Positions 1 through 14,834 of a DNA stretch of 52,788 bases are shown here, piece by piece. Below the pieces are notes generated by a model. It did no database searches and was not told the origin of the DNA. It worked only from the letters and a program-made list of their open reading frames with translations. The stretch comes from Octopus bimaculoides (Eukaryota), in the NCBI RefSeq assembly GCF_001194135.2, contig NC_068997.1, positions 17,750,046 to 17,802,833 on the forward strand, written 5' to 3'. A program made the translations under genes and the position numbers. Position 1 is the stretch's first letter. Each line of letters starts with the position of its first letter.

Positions 1-10
1 ACACACACAC

Positions 11-48
<38 letters not shown>

Positions 49-937
49 GTTTGCGTGTGTATGCGTGCAATTCTATATGTGTGCGCGTGTTTACATCTGT
101 TGTTCTCTCTGTCTGCCTATCGATTTGTATGTATGTATGTATGTATGCATGCATGTCAATGAGTGTATGCACGCCTGTGTATATATACACTTCTTTTTGT
201 TTGTGAGTGTATGTTTGCATATCTATAGATGTCACTATGATTACTTGTGGCTGATCTAGGTGGGCTAACTGCTGGCGTTTATGGTGTCTGCTTGTGTGAT
301 CGTTATTGCATATCAATAGATAAGAGATCCTATGTGTACGTTTGCGTAAATGCGTGTATGTGTATGCTTTTAATGGCCAGAGAGCGCAGATGTCCGCTGC
401 ATGTATATGGTATCATCAAAGTGTTTGCGTGTGTAGAGAGTGGGTGTGTAGCAGGGTATGGATGAATGTATGTTTCTGTAATTTCTTTTTCTGATATATT
501 TTGTTTTTCTAACACTGATACGGCTATCACTGCTATTTAAATTAACCACTATCTTCATATTTATATTTCGCGTCACACTTAACCTGAGGTCACGAACCCG
601 TAGCTCTTTTTTCCCCTACGTACATTTGATCGACTCTTGTTCTACGGTGGGTTTTAAATCAAAGATGCTGTGAGCCACTTGAGTCGTTGTTCTTTTTGGT
701 ATGCGTGATTCTGTCATTGTCATTGTTGTTGACGTTACATTTGGTTTTGTTGTCAGTAAACCCCAAATCAGTAAACCCGTAGTTTAGCAGATGTATGATC
801 AAATAGGTTTCAACCGTAACCTCATATTTTTGCATATGAGGAACATCTCTGTTAAATGCGTTAGGAGCTGGGTGCTGATTCGAGGGAAATTTTGCCAATA
901 CTTTGCACCCCCTCACGCAAACACACACACACACACG

Positions 938-988
<51 letters not shown>

Positions 989-1964
989 NNNNNNNNNNNN
1001 NNNNNNNNNNNNNNNNNNNNNNNNNNNNNNNNNNNNNNNNNNNNNNNNNNNNNNNNNNNNNNNNNNNNNNNNNNNNNNNNNNNNNNNNNNNNNNNNNNNN
1101 NNNNNNNNNNNCGATCTGCAGTTTGTTTGTTGCATATAACTCGATTAAAATCTAGTCAACCTCTTTCGTTTAATCTAGATTGATTACATAATTTCCCAGA
1201 TGAGACTTATTGCATCATGTAATTTACCATTATCAGAAGTTGCGAGTACTTAAATCATCACCTCTTACTGCTTTCTTTGTTCTTAAACCCCCAGGTCAGT
1301 CTCATCGAACAAAACTACATGTAAAACAATTACCCCATGACTATTTTATATTTCAATTCAGCCGTGGCGATCGAAGGTTTTTCTCTGTCATTATGTAGTT
1401 ACTTGAAACTAACAAGCATTATGTTGTTTAATTTTCTTCATACGACTTTGAGGTGAAATTTTGGGATCCTTTATTTTTATTTCTAGCAGAATTATCAACT
1501 ACCTAGAGCCTTCCTCTTTGGCATCTGCACGCGTTGTCATTTTGATAGATACTAAAAGAAGACCAATAGCAAAACTTGAACATACGCAGTTTAAGCAATG
1601 TCTCATCTTATTGATGTATATTACCAATATAACATCATATTAAATGCAGTGCGTAAAACACTTGACTATGAAATAACGGAGACGTGTGAAGATAAGTACC
1701 ACCATTAAAATTTGTGTGTTAACAAAATGCCAACAACAGCGTTCCAGTCTAATCCATTGGCAATGAATACCGTCACTTTGTAAGGATATCAAAATTCAAA
1801 TACTGCATGGTATATTTTTATTAGAAAAGGAACTACGATATCGTGAATCAAGAAACCTTACCCTATTTCATTTATGCACACCAACATGTATTAATGATTC
1901 ACATAGACAAAAACACGTGATGCCAAATACAACAATGCATGCAATGAAGTGAGGAGAATTGATG

Positions 1965-2120
1965 ATTCACGGTTTGAAATTTGGTGGGTGAAGAGAGTCG
2001 ATCACCTCCTCCTCAGTGCTTAATCGGTGCTTAATTTATAGACTCCGAAAAGATGGTGAATAAGTCAATCGTGGGCAGAATTTCTACTCAGAACATCACG
2101 ATTCAAAATAGATGCCACAC
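1965..2120 (-). mobile_element. Degenerate tRNA-derived SINE, family A (same family as 21221-21455)
   Basis: GAGTCGATCAC...GGTGCTTAATTTATAGACTCCGAAAAGATGG...AAGTCAATCGTGGGCAGAATTTCTACTCAGAAC aligns by eye to the well-preserved copy at 21285-21385. Confidence 0.7.
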
Positions 2121-2708
2121 TTTTCGAATAGTACCTGGATTTTGATGCAAGTAAAATTATTGATGATGGAGTATAATATAAAGATATAACCCATTAATAG
2201 CATGTAATTAATGAGACTGCTTGGAGATTCTCGCGTAAAAATGGAGCAAATGTTGCACTACTTCAAATGTCATATTTCACAAACTGATCTTTAGTTAAAA
2301 GGAATCGGTGACTTGACATGTAGTCTGTAGTTACAGTGCAGCAACTACTAAAGAGTGGATTTGATATCAACACAATAATGGCTGTAATTAGAAAGTTTCG
2401 ATGAAAATTATTTACGACGCTGATTTTCAGACATAGAGGGCACGGTGCGAGTGTAACTTGTAATAGGACTATTTCAATTGTATCGAATACATTATTTCCT
2501 AGAATACAAAGCTACAGTTATTTTAGTTTTAGGTAGAAGCGATGGATGACCCCTTATATTTGTGACTGTAAGTGTCCCCGAATAAGCTTTTGTGCATACA
2601 TACATCATGTGCTGACACACAAATACACACATACACATGCATACATACACATACACACATGTAAACATATATATGCGTTGTGAATTACATGCTTGTATAC
2701 CTCTAGAT

Positions 2709-2709
2709 G

Positions 2710-2790
<81 letters not shown>

Positions 2791-2802
2791 GTACATACAT
2801 AC

Positions 2803-2852
<50 letters not shown>
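2709..2852. repeat. Compound microsatellite (GATA)n-(CATA)n-(GA)n
   Basis: Direct inspection. Confidence 0.97.
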
Positions 2853-2855
<3 letters not shown>

Positions 2856-2857
2856 CT

Positions 2858-3052
2858 TTCTAATATAGGAATACGGCGTGAGATTTTGCGAAACGAGAAT
2901 AGTAGATTAATTCAGTCCCAATTGTCAACTAGTCATTGTTTCATTCGACCCCGAAAGAGATGTAGAACAAAGAGGACATCGGTGGAGTTTGAACTCAGAA
3001 CGTAAACGCATTCTGCCCAGCGTATCAACGATTCCGAATGCTTGCTGCCTTA
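2858..3052 (-). mobile_element. Degenerate tRNA-derived SINE, family A
   Basis: TTCGACCCCGAAAGAGATG...CATCGGTGGAGTTTGAACTCAGAACGTAAAC...GCATTCTGCCCAGCGTATCAACGATTC matches the family core and the reverse-complement B-box/A-box region. Confidence 0.8.
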
Positions 3053-3136
3053 CACTCACACAATCACAGGCATATATATGTGTGTGTGTGTTTGTGTGTG
3101 TATGTATATATATTCATGTGTCTATACAGACATACA

Positions 3137-3180
<44 letters not shown>

Positions 3181-4931
3181 NNNNNNNNNNNNNNNNNNNN
3201 NNNNNNNNNNNNNNNNNNNNNNNNNNNNNNNNNNNNNNNNNNNNNNNNNNNNNNNNNNNNNNNNNNNNNNNNNNNNNNNNNNNNNNNNNNNNNNNNNNNA
3301 TATATATATATATATATATATACATGTGTATGTGTTTGTGTGCGTTTGTGTTCCGATATACATATGCACATGCGGGATTTTTGTGAGTGTTTGTGCGCAC
3401 ACGCACACACACCCATTTCATTTAGGGAGTTGTAGATACAGATATAGAAATTTCATATGTTAAATAACTCTAGTTTCTGCTATAGATGGTGTTCCAATTA
3501 AATTCTTTTATCTGAAGTTGGCAACTCAATCAAAACCTAATATGGCGACATTGCCAAATATGGCTGCGAAAATTGAAGGGAGGAGAGGGGAAATGGTGGA
3601 GGTTTTTTTTCCCATATATGAAAAACAAAACATATACGTAAATAAAAAGTGTAAATATATGGGTATTTAAACGCATTTTAAATTTGCAAACAAACTCAAT
3701 CAAATGCATACGCTAGCTGCTTCCATATGGATATGTATATATATTCAAACACGTAAATACATTCTGATATGTATAAACATAGTCAATTATAAATGTAGAT
3801 GCACATACACATACACACACACACGCACACGCATATATATATATATATTGGGATATGTAACTGCATGTAAATAAATAGGAAGACATATGGGATATAAGAA
3901 TTGATATATACACATACATAATCACACATCTTTTATTTTCATTTAAAAGCAAAACTATTAAAAACTGAAAGCATACACAGACACATACATACATACATCT
4001 TTATATATATATATATATATGTGTGTGTATGTATGTATGTATGTATGTATATATTTCTATATATAAACATGGGCGCGTTAATATGCAAACGCGTATGCAC
4101 ACAATTATTAATATATATATATACATACATGCATGAAAATATATATATGTGTGTCTATACATAAATGTATGTATGTGTGTGTTTGTATGTATATATATAT
4201 ATATATATATATCCCTGAATAAAATAATTACTAGATAAAAGGAAGCAAAGTAAAATGAATGGAAAATATTAACAAAAAAGACTCCTCAAAAAAACTACCG
4301 TAGCGTTAATGAGAGACGCATTTCGTAAACAGCGGTACATTAGCTAAATACATAGTTACTAAATTAAAATAGGCTTCTAACTTAAATAGACACATATGTT
4401 TATAAAGAGAAGTACATTTAAAAAGGTGTTATGAGTAAATGACAATTTATTCAAAATGAAATAAAAATGAGACAGCTATGTTACTTTATCACTTCTATGT
4501 TTTCCTCTGCCCTTCCTCTCATCCTTTTCACTTCTGTTTATGCATGCATAAATACATACATAGGTGCATGTGTCGTTCTGTGTGTGTATGTGTTGGTGTG
4601 TGTGTATGTGTCTGTGTGTGTGTGTGTGTGTATGTGTACGTACACATATACAGTATACGTACATAGAAAATACTTGTCAGATGTACCTATGCATTAGAAG
4701 TGAATATACATACATACATACAAACATAAATATATATATATATATATATATATANNNNNNNNNNNNNNNNNNNNNNNNNNNNNNNNNNNNNNNNNNNNNN
4801 NNNNNNNNNNNNNNNNNNNNNNNNNNNNNNNNNNNNNNNNNNNNNNNNNNNNNNNNNNNNNNNNNNNNNNNNNNNNNNNNNNNNNNNNNNNNNNNNNNNN
4901 NNNNNNNNNNNTATATATATATATATTTATA

Positions 4932-4965
<34 letters not shown>

Positions 4966-5077
4966 ATTATATATATAAATATATATGCATCCATACATAT
5001 TTATATATACCTACAGAGAACGAGCGAGAGAGAGAGAGAGTGAGCGTGAGAATGGGGATAATAGATGGACACACAGG

Positions 5078-5119
<42 letters not shown>

Positions 5120-5120
5120 T

Positions 5121-5156
<36 letters not shown>

Positions 5157-5162
5157 GTAGAT
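5078..5162. repeat. (AGAT)n microsatellite
   Basis: Direct inspection. Confidence 0.97.
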
Positions 5163-5974
5163 AGACTAATATACATATACTAAAATAGATTTACAAATAT
5201 ACACATACACAGAAATAAAACTTTACGTATGTGTATACATGTGTGTGCCTATGTTTGTACATATATATACGTACATATATCAATGTCTGTGCGTGAGTCT
5301 GTGTATATGTACACATGTTCATGTATGTATATACGTATATATATACGAATATATGTGTATTTGTACGTATATATATGAACATGCATACGTGCTTTTCCAA
5401 AAACCGGCCCGGGCACTCATAAATATCCACAATATTATTAAACATATATATATTTACTGGACAATATTTTGTTTGGAACAATATCACCAAAACTGACTAA
5501 GGATATTTTTTTATCCCATTCATAAGTGTTAGCTTATATATGGAAGCGCGTGAAGGAATGAAGTGAAACTGGCCTTGATTTATGATTGCACCATTGCAAT
5601 GGTAACACAATTTGTTATTGAAGATGTAATTAGCTGGGCAAAGTTTTATTTAGCTCTCGTCCTCAAAAATACAATACTTCTCCTATAAGATATGAATGCC
5701 CTGAATTTTTAGAGTTGTACACACGTACAGACAAATATGCAAAGGCTTGCGCAAATGTGCATGTGCATTGATACAGATAGTTCTTATAGGTATGGAATAT
5801 GAAGGATTTTTTTTTATAGAAAAATCTTTTATCTTGTACTTGAGATTCATTAATATGCGGCCAAATATTATCGGTGACTTTCACACCAATAAATGATCTG
5901 GATATCTTTCGAAAATATACATACGCAATTACAAACAGTCACTTGCACAAATTCGCAATAAACGCGTTATCTAC

Positions 5975-6030
<56 letters not shown>

Positions 6031-6872
6031 NNNNNNNNNNNNNNNNNNNNNNNNNNNNNNNNNNNNNNNNNNNNNNNNNNNNNNNNNNNNNNNNNNNNNN
6101 NNNNNNNNNNNNNNNNNNNNNNNNNNNNNNNNNNNNNNNNNNNNNNNNNNNNNNNNNNNNNNNNNNNNNNNNNNNNNNNNNNNNNNNNNNNNNNNNNNNN
6201 NNNNNNNNNNNNNNNNNNNNNNNNNNNNNNNNNNNNNNNNNNNNNNNNNNNNNNNNNNNNNNNNNNNNNNNNNNNNNNNNNNNNNNNNNNNNNNNNNNNN
6301 NNNNNNNNNNNNNNNNNNNNNNNNNNNNNNNNNNNNNNNNNNNNNNNNNNNNNNNNNNNNNNNNNNNNNNNNNNNNNNNNNNNNNNNNNNNNNNNNNNNN
6401 NNNNNNNNNNNNNNNNNNNNNNNNNNNNNNNNNNNNNNNNNNNNNNNNNNNNNNNNNNNNNNNNNNNNNNNNNNNNNNNNNNNNNNNNNNNNNNNNNNNN
6501 NNNNNNNNNNNNNNNNNNNNNNNNNNNNNNNNNNNNNNNNNNNNNNNNNNNNNNNNNNNNNNNNNNNNNNNNNNNNNNNNNNNNNNNNNNNNNNNNNNNN
6601 NNNNNNNNNNNNNNNNNNNNNNNNNNNNNNNNNNNNNNNNNNNNNNNNNNNNNNNNNNNNNNNNNNNNNNNNNNNNNNNNNNNNNNNNNNNNNNNNNNNN
6701 NNNNNNNNNNNNNNNNNNNNNNNNNNNNNNNNNNNNNNNNNNNNNNNNNNNNNNNNNNNNNNNNNNNNNNNNNNNNNNNNNNNNNNNNNNNNNNNNNNNN
6801 NNNNNNNNNNNNNNNNNNNNNNNNNNNNNNNNNNNNNNNNNNNNNNNNNNNNNNNNNNNNNNNNNNNNNNNN

Positions 6873-6917
<45 letters not shown>

Positions 6918-6992
6918 CACACCGGAGTAAGCACATAAATGCGAAAAAAGGTGGAATAAATAGTACTGGAACATCAGGGATAGAGTAATATG

Positions 6993-7232
6993 CTTTATTG
7001 AAAAGCAGCAAGATATCACAAAAACTGTTACTCAGAGTTACAGGTTCCCGTTCGTCGGACTGTTTTGGTTAGAATGGAACAGAGGTAAGGTTATAAGCAA
7101 ACATATACAATTTTATATGTTCGTATATAACCTTATTTCTGCTTCATTCTAAACAATTTTGTTCGACGTACGGGAACTCGAAACTCTCGGTAACAGTTTT
7201 TTTAATGATATTTTTGCTGCTTTTCAATAAAG
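6993..7232. repeat. Spacer-less imperfect palindrome of two head-to-head copies of a putative Penelope-like terminal repeat, each with a decayed hammerhead motif
   Basis: 6993-7110 aligns with the reverse complement of 7111-7232 along its length (roughly 80% by eye). The same unit occurs singly at 38647-38745 (+) and 46381-46453 (-). Confidence 0.9.
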
Positions 7233-7246
7233 TACAATCACACACA

Positions 7247-7282
<36 letters not shown>

Positions 7283-7659
7283 TGTATGTATGTATGTATT
7301 ATGCATGTATATATGTATGTATGTATGTAAGTATGTATGTATGTATGTATGTATATGTTTGTATAAATCATATACAACCAAATACATGTTTATGTATGTC
7401 ATTGTGCAAGCATTTTTTAATGTTTGTTTTCCATTATTTGTAATATTCATTATATTCATTATTTGTTGCGTTGTATCTGTTGATAATATATATCATTTCT
7501 ACTTTCACTTGTATTTTGACATTTACAATATATCATATTTTTGTAGCCTTCTATACCTTTGTATGTAGGTAATGCACATGCGCAAATATGTATACGTATA
7601 TGTAAACATACGTATATATAAATATAAATATACACACACATACACACACCACACACACG

Positions 7660-7747
<88 letters not shown>

Positions 7748-7929
7748 TATGAAATGTATATATATACATACATAAAAATGTATACATTTATACATATGAA
7801 AGATGACTTCCTATGCCTGTACAAGCGATTGTATACTTGTATATGTAACTTTTGATATAGTGCATCGGTATCTGATTGACAATTTTATTATCATTTCTGA
7901 TAGAATAACTATTGATTTTTGATTTACTC

Positions 7930-7930
7930 G

Positions 7931-7965
<35 letters not shown>

Positions 7966-8058
7966 ATTGTCGTTGGTGTTGTTGATTTTTGCTCTTGTTT
8001 TTGGTTCTTTTTCTTGTTTTTTTTATTATTATTATCTTCATTATTATTGTTGTTGTTG

Positions 8059-8103
<45 letters not shown>
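7930..8103. repeat. (GTT)n ... (GTA)n trinucleotide tracts
   Basis: Direct inspection; source of the poly-Val ORF 7912..8139. Confidence 0.95.
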
Positions 8104-8219
8104 TATTTTGATTATTTCTTGGTATATTTCTGTTGCTAATGTAATTGATGTGGTTATTGCTGCTGATGTTAGTTTGGCGTCAACATCACTTATACAGCAT
8201 TTCTAATATGTATATATGC

Positions 8220-8259
<40 letters not shown>

Positions 8260-8347
8260 NNNNNNNNNNNNNNNNNNNNNNNNNNNNNNNNNNNNNNNNN
8301 NNNNNNNNNNNNNNNNNNNNNNNNNNNNNNNNNNNNNNNNNNNNNNN

Positions 8348-8431
<84 letters not shown>

Positions 8432-9784
8432 GTTGTATGCATCTTTACTTATCTATAAGAATAAGGACACACAAATATATATTTAATATCCGTTTTCCAA
8501 ATTGAGTATTACTTTTTTTATAAAACGATTTGTTTGCTGTGAGATTTTAAAACATCTATTTAAAAAATTCTTTTAAATGGTAGTTGCTGTTCCTTCATAG
8601 ATTTAGTGAGAATGACCGCACATGCATTAATGTTTCGGCTCGATATATGTATGCCCACATGTGTGTGCGTGCGCGCGCGTGCATGTTTGTGCGTGTCTCT
8701 GTTTGAGTGTATCTGCGTGCATCTATGTTTGTATGTGCTTGCGCGTTCGCATGTGTGACTGCGAGGAGTACATGATGGGATCGCTGAGATATCGTTGATG
8801 TCAAATGGTTTCTTTTTGCGTTTAATCTCAGCTGATCTCTGAAGTACCAGAAATTTGTTGACACCTTTCTAAACATGTCTATTATAAAGTTTAGTCAGTA
8901 ATAATGGATTTGGCAATACGTTCTGTTTTTATAAGTTTGGGTGCCGTTAAAGGTAGATTTTAGAGTTATTTTAGGTGGACCAAGTTGATCATGGTTGGTC
9001 GTGGATGAAGCATTTACACTCAAAGAGTTCAGTCCTATGAAAAGTGCTTATCCTTGTAACATGTCATATACCAATTCCGTCCTATGAGGGATGATTTTCG
9101 CGATACCAACTGTTGGGCCACCTGCAACGAATGACAGCCAAATATCATTCAAATCACATTCCTACGTTTTATGAAATATTCATACTATAATTTTCTCTCG
9201 ACATAGGAACAACACATGGTTGGAAAGTGGTGGTCATGACTGGAAAGTCTTCGATCAGAGATTCTATCGATTATAGTTGAAATGGTGTTAGACATTTTAA
9301 AATCATCAAAATCAATTAAGGATTTCACAAGAGTAACGATGATTTCTGTGCGCGCTCTATCGATCTGCTAGTAGTAAACGTCAAATATTCCACAGATCCT
9401 ACTAAAATATCTGAGAAACTAACTCGTTGAAATAACACGTCGTGCGTTCTCTTATGAGGAATAAAGCAAAATGTGTTTGGGTGCAATAAATTCAGTCGTA
9501 AATCTTCCACATTAATGTTGTCATGTGTCTCAACATGAAGAAGAATAACAACTTTATTGTGTCTTATAATTCATATCGTCTTTGGTGTTGACATGACTTT
9601 CGTCACCCACAGATCATGTCGCTATTTCCCTCGAATATCAATCCTTGTCTCCATTCCGAATCAACCAGTGCCCCACTTCAGATATTCACAACTTAAAAGT
9701 AGACAGTACCGACCTCAAAATATAATTTATATATATATATATATATATATATATGCATATATAGTTTTTCTCCTGAGTTATCGT

Positions 9785-9823
<39 letters not shown>

Positions 9824-10357
9824 CATATTACTTTGTGAGTCGCAAGAAGTGGGAGGAATCCATAAGGAGCAAGGAACTCATTGGCCGATCAGCTTCATGA
9901 GATTAATGATCCTCTACAACTTGTCTGAATCAACACCAAAAGGAAGCGGATGACCAGAGAGATTTCTAGAAGGACAGGTGGACTTAGTCATTTCTACAGT
10001 CTTTTGGGGTTGTTTGATATAAAAAAAAGACTGAAATTAAGAGAGATGTATGATTGAAAGCCATACGTGCTCAATCAGCTCTGAAGGGCAAAATATATTA
10101 TGGATTCCAGTGTTGATGATACTAATCTCTTCTATAGATAACAACTGATGGAAGAGGAGGCGACATATTTGGGTTTTTGCCATCGTTAACCGTTGTTAGA
10201 AATTGCAGAAAATACCTCTCTCAAATGGAAATGAACGAACCGTACATTTTTCCAATCATCGACAACTTTTACATCTCTCTGTGCAAGATTTAATGTTGTA
10301 ATATAAAAAAACCACCTTACTGTGTTTTCTGTAACATATGTTCATGAGTAAAGAGAT

Positions 10358-10394
<37 letters not shown>

Positions 10395-10421
10395 CAGTCA
10401 GAGACAGATACAGAGACAGAC

Positions 10422-10477
<56 letters not shown>

Positions 10478-10656
10478 GCATAAAAAGATTCAAATAAAAA
10501 GTATATCAGGTGTATTAGTATCTCATATGCCTGTTAGGTTTTGGAACATGAAACTTTTTAATATTTCCTTACTAGTAGGACGCCATGTACTAAAGCAGGA
10601 AATTAAAGTAATCAGGTATAGTGTAAAAGGTATATGTATATAATATAAGTATGTGA

Positions 10657-10722
<66 letters not shown>

Positions 10723-11874
10723 NNNNNNNNNNNNNNNNNNNNNNNNNNNNNNNNNNNNNNNNNNNNNNNNNNNNNNNNNNNNNNNNNNNNNNNNNNNNNN
10801 NNNNNNNNNNNNNNNNNNNNNNNNNNNNNNNNNNNNNNNNNNNNNNNNNNNNNNNNNNNNNNNNNNNNNNNNNNNNNNNNNNNNNNNNNNNNNNNNNNNN
10901 NNNNNNNNNNNNNNNNNNNNNNNNNNNNNNNNNNNNNNNNNNNNNNNNNNNNATATATATATATATATATATACATGTGCCTATGCATATACATATAGGC
11001 AACAATGTAACAATATATTACCATTCTATAAAATTGTATTAAAACTAAATTGTATAAACACACAAAACCAGAATAGAAATCTATGAAATACAATCATATA
11101 ATGCGTTTATATTAAAAGTGATTTTAAAATCAGGAAATAACTTGAAGTATGATGTCTGCATTATGAATAATTGTTAAATATCGTCATCACTTGTTAATGA
11201 TATATATTAAAAAAAAATATAGTATTAATATTTAATTTCCTTTCTTTCTGTTTTTTTTATTTAGTTTAGATTATAGCCCAGTTATTATCGTATTATAGAC
11301 AATACTAGAAAGGTTAATGTGTGTTTTCTTTCATTTGATTTTTAGAATAAATCACCGACACTCTATCAATGGGCATATGAAATATAAACGTGTCATGGAA
11401 ACTATCTTTTTCTCTATCACCAGTGTAAAAGTCACTCAAACGTAGGAGACGTTACGCTTTCCTGCATGTTGTTCTGAAATGCAGACGACAAAATTGCATT
11501 ACTCTTAATAAATTGGAAATTGTAAACACTTTGTTAGCAGTGCAAGGGGGGAGTAAAACTTAAACCAGCCTTATATAACATACATGCATTGTTATGGAAG
11601 AATCTGCATTTAAGGAAACATCTTATATATTGTAGTATTCTTGACAACATGTTTGATATCTTTCCTTGAGTTTATTTATCATACACGTTTCGGTGTGAAT
11701 AATACATCTTATCCAACTTTTAGTTAAAGTATTTTGATAAATGAACATTACCTATACAGCTAAAATTCTCTCCAGGAGATATAATACACTGCTTCCTTTT
11801 AAATCACTCCGTAACCATCTAAGGCACATCAACCTTTACTTGGCATACACTTCTGTATATATTAATTGCCAACA

Positions 11875-12001
11875 GGAAGAATCCGAGCGATGTGCTTAGC
11901 GACATTTCGTCCATATTTACGTCTTGACTTCAAGTTCCACCGTGGTAGACTTTGCATGTCATCCTTTCGGATCGATAAAATAAGTACCAGTTGAGCACTG
12001 G
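11875..12001 (+). mobile_element. tRNA-derived SINE, family A, 3'-truncated
   Basis: GCTTAGCGACATTTCGTCC...TTCAAGTTCCACCGTGGTAGACTTTGCATGTCATCCTTTCGGATCGATAAAATAAGTACCAGTTGAGCACTGG is the reverse complement of the 21290-21420 copy pattern. Confidence 0.85.
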
Positions 12002-12110
12002 ATGAAAGGCAAAGACGATCTCAGAGGAATTTGAACTCAGAACTAAAATGAATGAGATGCTGTTAATCGTTTTTTTCCGGTGTACTAACTATCCCACCAG
12101 ATCACCACCT
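12000..12110 (-). mobile_element. tRNA-derived SINE, family A, 5' half, fused tail-to-tail with the preceding copy
   Basis: GGATGAAAGGCAAAGACGATCTCAGAGGAATTTGAACTCAGAAC...CCGGTGTACTAAC...CCAGATCACCACCTT matches the minus-strand head seen at 21340-21455. Confidence 0.85.
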
Positions 12111-13042
12111 TTATCTCAATGTAATGATGAGACCAGAATTTTGGCGCTATAGCATAAAATGGCAAGGAACATGCTGTATTTTACGATACTTATGCCTTTT
12201 AAGACAGCTCTCAACAGCTCTTCCTATATAAGTGATTTTATCTATAAGCGATTTCATCAATTTAGTCTCTCATCTTACATTGCGTAAGTTTCAATTTCTT
12301 ATATATTTGTTTCTACATTAATGTATAATTTAGAGTTTAGCAAATAGATCAGCCCTACATTTTTATTTTATGTCATGCAATGGAATTAGTATTGCAATTA
12401 GCAATTAAATTTAAAGGAATGAAGAGGATATTTAAACATTATGTATTGAATTAGTTTTACTGATAAATAGTTGTCTTACATTAAGTTTTAGTAGTCTTTC
12501 AACGTGAGGCAGAAGATAATGTACATTACTTATTCAGGACTTCAGAGAACGGTGCTTAATGCGGGAAATACTCAGTTTCAAAATAACATTAATAAAGAAA
12601 TTTATGAAATGTAACCAGGATTCAGTTTTACAGATGCGGAAGAGGTATAAATATTTTAGAAAAAAAAAGGTAGATTATAACATAATGAACGAAATGAAGA
12701 AACACTGGTAAACTAGATAAATAATCCGAAGTATAAAGGCATTCGACGCCCTACTGCAGATGAAGAAATGCAGAAAAAGAAAAACGTGAGGCATGACACT
12801 GTTAGTAAAGCGCTGAAATGTCTTCCAAATCTGATATCGTAAATTTTAAACGCCATTTTGTTTACTATTTATACCTACAAGTACCAAACCCAGAATCAAT
12901 TCGAGGATTTAAATCGCAGTTGGTATCTGTATATCTACAATAACCTACCAACAACTGGTGTCTTTAATGTTGCTTGCCTAAACTTTGAACTCAACGTTAT
13001 CGTTGATGTGCCTTGATCTTCAGTCCTAACTAAATAATACAT

Positions 13043-13158
<116 letters not shown>

Positions 13159-14802
13159 GTATGTATGCATATAATACTAAAACGTTAGTGGTAGTTAGGA
13201 TTTATGATACTTGCTCGTATATGCAATTCAGAATGACAGTTGCCTTAAACCTATGTGCCAGTGTCACGGGTATGGGAGTAATTTGAAAGCCAAGAGGAGT
13301 TAATTTGATGTATCACTGTATCGTGAATTTAGAAAGGTGTTACACGAAACTTATGCTGGTAAAGCTGAAAATCATATAGTCAATATATCTTTGTAGCCAT
13401 TGGGGGTGTTTTGTGGATCAGTAGATACAGAAGATGGACTTAGAAAAATAGGGAAAACAGATATCGAGTCAGAATAATTGGAATGCATTATTGTTCGGGT
13501 TTAGGTGAGAGAAATGAGTGATGAGAAGTGTGGTTTCAATATACGTGAATGTACCACCTTGCAGAGAAAATTTAAAGCAAGGAAAATGCAGAGATGCGTA
13601 AGAGGTAGAGGATGAGAAATGAGAGATATAATCTGTGGTTGGAATGTTAGTAGAGACGTAAGGCAAACTAGAATCCTCGGATAGAACATAGTATAGCTAT
13701 TTTTTCCTTATTTTAATTCTATATAATACAAACAATGTGAGAGTAAGAAGAAAATATTAACTTTAACAGACATCCATTAACGAATGATACTTTTATCCGT
13801 GCTCACATGACCAGGTAGGAAAAGCACCCAAAATTCCATATTATGTGTATCATCTTGAAAGGTAGGGACTCACTGAATATTGCAAGCCTAGGGAACATTG
13901 AATCTTGAAGAAAGTTTTCTTAGGCTCGGTGGGAATACTTTCCTCCACATATGTGTACAAGTAAGTCCGTCTCAAAATAGTTTCCAGGAGACTATAACGA
14001 ACGTTCTTGCTAACAAAAGTAAATTGGGTGCATAAAGCTATTATAAGTTAAATCATATTGCTGATATTTCGGGTATCAAATACACCTTTAAAAGGCGGTT
14101 GGTTTTAAAAGTAGAAGCTTCTAACTCTTAACTCTGAGAAATATTTCTCATAGTTGTGTATCTTATAAGGCCACAAGTTTTGAAAGATTTTCATCTTTTG
14201 GCATGAGACATATGACATGAATGTATCCAGAAAAAGATGGCGCATGATTTACACTGGATAAATATGCAACATTACGCCGGAGGTATATAGGAGTCAAAAC
14301 CACAGCGACCGGCTGCTTAAGTCTTCACAATTCACTGTATTTTTTGTTTCATGTCAATATAAGTGCAACAAATAAATAACTAAGAGTATTTGCAGGACAC
14401 GTGACGTAGCGATTCAACTTTTTTCATCGCTCCGAAAATAATTAAATATTTCTCATATGTATATATTTATGTGAGTGTATGTGCATTAATATTTGTTTTT
14501 ATGTGAAATTATCGACAACAATAAATTAAAGATGAACGAAAGGATTACTCAAAGCATATCAGCAGAGTGCATATATATTAATTTTCATACAGAAAAATTT
14601 CGAGATTGTCTTCGAAGTTTGGGACTTCTTGTCGTCGTTAGCCGGTTGATAACAACGATGAGGAAATTTTTCCGCACACATACATACATACATACATACA
14701 GACAGAGAGACAGATAGAGAGACAGGCAGATACATACACACATACATACATACATACATACATACATACATACATACATGCATACATACATACATACATA
14801 CA

Positions 14803-14834
<32 letters not shown>

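Noticed and set aside
587-605. AACCCGTAG resembling the miR-100/miR-10 family 5' end
   Set aside because: Similarity stops after 9 nt and there is no precursor hairpin.
13924-13960. 37-nt candidate exon (TTTTCTTAG / GTAAGT)
   Set aside because: Splice signals are good, but no frame gives a recognisable peptide and there are no partner exons; cannot be supported without RNA-seq.
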